Source of the DNA: Octopus sinensis
Taxonomy: Eukaryota
NCBI RefSeq assembly: GCF_006345805.1
Contig: NW_021833139.1
Span: 1 to 29,239, forward strand
DNA: 29,239 bases
Direction: 5' to 3'
Shown: positions 24,956 to 29,239 of the stretch, piece after piece
Position numbering within the stretch: position 1 is the stretch's first letter
Layout: every line of letters starts with the position of its first letter
Notes under the pieces: generated by a model
Told to the model about the DNA's origin: nothing
The model's input: only the letters and a program-made list of their open reading frames with translations
The model's database searches: none
Made by a program: the position numbers and the translations under genes

Positions 24956-25191
24956 AGTTACGTATGAGTTTCTTTTATTCGTTTCTGAAAAAAATTTCGA
25001 CATAAATTAATGAAAGAAAAATACGTACCCCCCCAAAAAGACGCTAAAAGAAGAGATGAAACTTTGCTGAATCTAACACACAAACTAATTAATAACAAGA
25101 ATATCGTCTGCAATAATTATTGTTGAATGTATATATCAAATTTCAACAAAAATCAAACGTACTACACTGAACCAAACCACACACATATTGT

Positions 25192-25255
<64 letters not shown>

Positions 25256-25432
25256 TATGTATACATATATATATACATTATATATATACTTATATATATA
25301 TATGTGTGTGTGTGTGCGTGTGCGCGTGTGTGCGTGACTGCGGGTGTATGTATGTTTGTGTGTGTGTATATATATATATGATGTGTGTGTATATATATGT
25401 ATGTGTGTGTGAGTGCGTGGTGTATGTATGTT

Positions 25433-25463
<31 letters not shown>

Positions 25464-26401
25464 TGAGTGAGTAAACTAGACATACAGAAAGATACAGTAA
25501 GATATACATATGTATGTGGAAACATATATGCATACATTACAAGCACACACAGACACACACATGTATATACATGAATGAATGTATGACTGGTTATAATTGT
25601 GTGTGTGTAAAAGTTTCGATCTCTCACTTTAGCGAGATAAAAAAAATGCAAATCAGCATACTTACACACACACACACACACATACACACACAACACACTC
25701 GCACAGAGACGCCTACACACATATCTGTTTACATGAATACACTCACACACTCGTGTATGCATATAAACACACACACGTCCATCAGAACGTTTGCAAACAT
25801 ATAATATTTGTATGATTTTATTAACTAATATACAGCGATTCATAAATCTATCATACCTTTTTCAAAATTCTACGTCGTTGATTAATCTTCATAAATCTTT
25901 ATTCATTGATATTGTAGTTGTTGTTGATGCTGTTGTTGTCGATGTTTCTTTTGTTGCCAGGCGTGTTGCTTTATTCTTGTTTTAGTTGCTAAGTTTGTTA
26001 TCTCAGCCGTCATTTTAAACCTATCTATCACATAACGTATCGTAGCAACATATGTACATGTGATGGCGATATTTATAGAGAATAGATTCTATGCAATCGA
26101 ACGCTGTCGATGTATGTATGTATATGAACAGACATATAAATCATGGAAATGATACCATCATAACGTGTGTATGTGCGTGTATATAGATCCTTTCATCCAG
26201 GCAATCCATTAGACATGTTTTCATCCATCTGTCCATCCAGTTATCCAGCTCTCTCCCGCTACACACACACACACACGCGTGCGCAGACACATACGTATAT
26301 TTATATATGTATAATCAAACACTCACGTGTGCATATATAAATTTTGTGTATACATATAAGTTTATATATAAGTATTTCAAAATTATATATATCTGTATAT
26401 A

Positions 26402-26575
26402 TAAAAAAAACAAAAGACGAAGACAGGGGGTGTACAAAATAAACAGATGTATTAGTATAACACTTAGGGATAGATAAAGTCTTTTACGTTTCGAGCCTAC
26501 GCTCTTCGCAGAAAAAGACACAGAAAAAAACAAGGAGAAAAAAATTTGTGTAGTAGCTAACGATCTATTATGGCG

Positions 26576-26577
<2 letters not shown>
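26402..26577 (-). mobile_element. Non-coding HHR-bearing element, family A
   Basis: Aligns end to end with 28903-29090 (opposite strand); lies between TA-rich tracts. Confidence 0.8.
26479..26519 (-). ncRNA. Minimal type I hammerhead ribozyme, 1-nt core deletion
   Basis: gtcttt(tt)-CTG[-]CGA-a-GAGC gtag GCTC-GAA-ACGT-A-aaagac: helix I gtcttt/aaagac, helix II, palindromic helix III, GUA site. Confidence 0.7.
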
Positions 26578-26653
<76 letters not shown>

Positions 26654-26655
26654 TA

Positions 26656-26872
26656 GTTAATCCAAACAAGAAAGCACAAAAAAGCAACAACGCGAGGACG
26701 TGGAACAATTATAGTATTATTGGACGCTCAGGAAAGAAGGAAAGAAGGAGGATTTAACGTTTCGAGCGGAGCTCTACGTCGGAAACACAGGAGAAGGAAA
26801 GATCCAGAGAAGGGAAGACAGAGAAAAAAAAATCGCCAACGGTACACACGCGGTCACATTTTGAAAAGCACA
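26656..26872 (-). mobile_element. Non-coding HHR-bearing element, family B (related to A)
   Basis: Shares the HHR layout and the downstream ttcctgagcgt...aatac motif with family A; flanked by (TA)n. Confidence 0.65.
26752..26786 (-). ncRNA. Degenerate minimal type I hammerhead ribozyme
   Basis: gttt-CCGACGT-a-GAGC tcc GCTC-GAA-ACGT-T-aaat; two core substitutions relative to CTGACGA. Confidence 0.6.
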
Positions 26873-27116
26873 CATACATATATATATAATGTATATGTGT
26901 GTGTGTGTCTGTGTGTGTGTGTATGCATATATTCATGTTACGATTATATATTTGTTTTGCAAGATTTCTGATGTGAAATCGTCTGTTGAAACAGATGTTG
27001 TTGTATTTAGGAATGGTCAATTTGCCAGTTTAGCCAATAAAAACACACGCACTATATATTTGGTGTTACTTTGCTTCAGCGTTATTTATTTTTTATATTA
27101 ACCTTAATCTTATTTC

Positions 27117-27161
27117 GGCCAGAGTTCTTTCGTCACACGCCTGTGACCTCATCGGTGGTCC
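27117..27161 (-). ncRNA. Degenerate minimal type I hammerhead ribozyme (third type)
   Basis: ggacca-CCGATGA-g-GTCAC aggcgt GTGAC-GAA-AG aa CT-C-tggcc: one core substitution (U4>C), perfect 5-bp helix II, CUC site. Confidence 0.6.
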
Positions 27162-28848
27162 TTTGCTTTCTTCTTTCTTATTTGTGTGTCTCTCCTTACT
27201 AACGGTCAGCCATTTTGTATTTTGTATTCCTATTGTATGTGTCTTCATTTGCACATGCGTATACCTCTATGTGTGTCTATGTTTAGTGCCTATAATATTT
27301 GTATCTCCTGTTTATATACGTTCGTGTAATTTGTTTTTATTTTTTTTTTTATTCACGTGTTTACACCTACTTAAGTATGTATAAATATTTCTGTGTGTAT
27401 GTATAAATATTTCTACTTTACAGCAGCCAGCCATCACTTGAAACAAATGTCAATTAGGAAGTGTATTTGCCAGCTTCTTCAGTGTGCATGCCTTCCTGAC
27501 ATTTCGTATCATAGAGACGGTGTACGATAAGTGATCTATTAATTGAAGAACAGGTAAAGGTTTGCGCCAGGAGGAGCATCCGGCTGTAAAACAATGCATC
27601 TCATCATATGTTCATCCAACTCAAGCAAGCACGGGAAAACAGACATGATGTCAACGAAAAGCCATTGAATGATATGCAGAAGTGTACGCGTGCAAATATG
27701 TACGTGAGGGAGAGAACGAGAGAGAGAGACAGACAGAGAGAGGCAGAAACAGACAGAGACAGAGCGTGAGTGAGAGAGAGAAAAGGCTTCATAGGGGCTG
27801 GATTGTGCGAAACTGCAGGACTCTTTCAAAGATTTGTTTGCAGCTAACGGCCTCACCTTTTAGTAAAATTCACTCTGCTTACAAATAAATATTTCGATAA
27901 AATATTTTAAAATGCAGCATATGCATTCTTGCTGTTTTCGTATAATTGATTTATCGATGAGGGAAATGTTTTTTAAGACATTTCTATCTATCTATCTACC
28001 TACCTACCTATCTATCTACCTAGCTTCCTACCCACCTACCTACCTATCTATCTACCTAGCTTCCTACCCACCTACCTACCCACCTATCTATCTGTCCGCA
28101 TGTCTACTTGTCTATCTGTCCTTCTATCTATCTATATATGTATGTATGCATGTGTTTTTATCTATTTATCTATGGAAACATTCCATGTATGTACATAACA
28201 ATATCTATACAATACATACATTCATACATACATGCATACATACACACACACGTATATGTATGTATACATGTGCGTAGTGCACACACGCAAAATATATATA
28301 TTTACACGTTTATTCCAGCTCATTCAATTCAGTTTAATGTTTATATGATTTCATGAGTTCTTGTATACAGACGTGGGTGTACATATAGTTGTTCATACAC
28401 ATGTGTACCTTTGTGCCTGTGTGTGTGTACATGACGTCTTCTACCTGAACAATTATTTGCAATCTACTCTAAAACAACAACCCACGTTTTAGACATTTTC
28501 TGAAGAATTTCATTCATATATGTTTCATCTTTGTAAATGTATATATCGAGAAATTTCTATTAAAAACTTAAGATAGGAGGAATCAATAATTCTGAAATTC
28601 TATATGTGAATAAGGCATGAAAGAATATATACCAATACGCTATATAATAAAGTATGAAGTAAGCTATAGAATAAAATATAAAATATATATATTGGAAACT
28701 TGAAAATCATTTCCGTAGCGTATGCAAAATGAAGGAAAATAAAACTGTGTATGTGAGAGAAAACTCCAGTATTCTCTCTTTCTCTGTTTGTCTGGAGGTT
28801 TGTGCCTCTCTTTCTCTCTCTCTCTCTCTCTCTCTACACACACTCACA

Positions 28849-28865
28849 TAACGATCTATCATGGC

Positions 28866-28905
<40 letters not shown>

Positions 28906-28922
28906 GCCATGATAGATCGTTA
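28849..28922. repeat. Perfect 74-bp palindrome: 20-bp arms around (TA)17
   Basis: taacgatctatcatggcgac-(TA)17-gtcgccatgatagatcgtta. Confidence 0.95.
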
Positions 28923-29102
28923 GCCACTACACACATTTTTCCTCTCCTTGTTTCTCTCCTTGTTTTTTCTGTGTTCCTTTCTTTAAAAGAGCGTAGGCTC
29001 GACACGTAAAAGACTTTTTCTATTCCTGAGCGTTATACTAATACATATGTTTGTGTTGTACACCACTTGTCTTCGTCTTTTGTTTTTTACGTAAACTCTC
29101 CC
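28903..29102 (+). mobile_element. Non-coding HHR-bearing element, family A (HHR core destroyed)
   Basis: gagcgtaggctcgacacgtaaaagac keeps helices II, III and I'. (TA)n on both sides. Confidence 0.8.
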
Positions 29103-29239
29103 TATATATATATATATATATAATATATATTTTGCACTTGTATGCTACATGTTAATTCAAGGATCTCTCGGTATATTCAATTAGATGACATACGTGAAAA
29201 GTTGTCCGTGAGTTCGAAGTTTCTGTTTAGCTGCCCCCA

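Overview
AT-rich, microsatellite-saturated eukaryotic DNA, probably intronic or intergenic. The SINE repertoire looks like Octopus/cephalopod; this is recalled similarity, not a database result. I found no intact host protein-coding gene, and nearly all listed ORFs are translations of (TA)n, (TCTA)n, (CATA)n, (AAT)n or (CAC)n arrays. The real content is mobile DNA. (1) About a dozen tRNA-derived SINE copies of several families, three with visible TSDs; one family carries internal ~183-bp tandem units. (2) Three C-terminal fragments of R4/Dong-type REL-endonuclease retrotransposons, all abutting (TAA)n arrays. (3) A decayed, internally deleted Helitron with 23-aa STPR-like repeats, a Zn-binding/NIRxYN region, a probable 52-nt intron and a CTAG 3' end. 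(4) An RTE reverse-transcriptase fragment. (5) Most interesting: several short non-coding elements carrying minimal type I hammerhead ribozyme (HHR) folds of the Penelope pLTR/retrozyme kind. These include three different HHRs in the same orientation within 700 bp (26479-27161) and a tRNA-headed element flanked by inverted HHR-bearing arms (3743-4500). Every HHR copy here has a core mutation or truncation, so activity can only be inferred for family consensus sequences.
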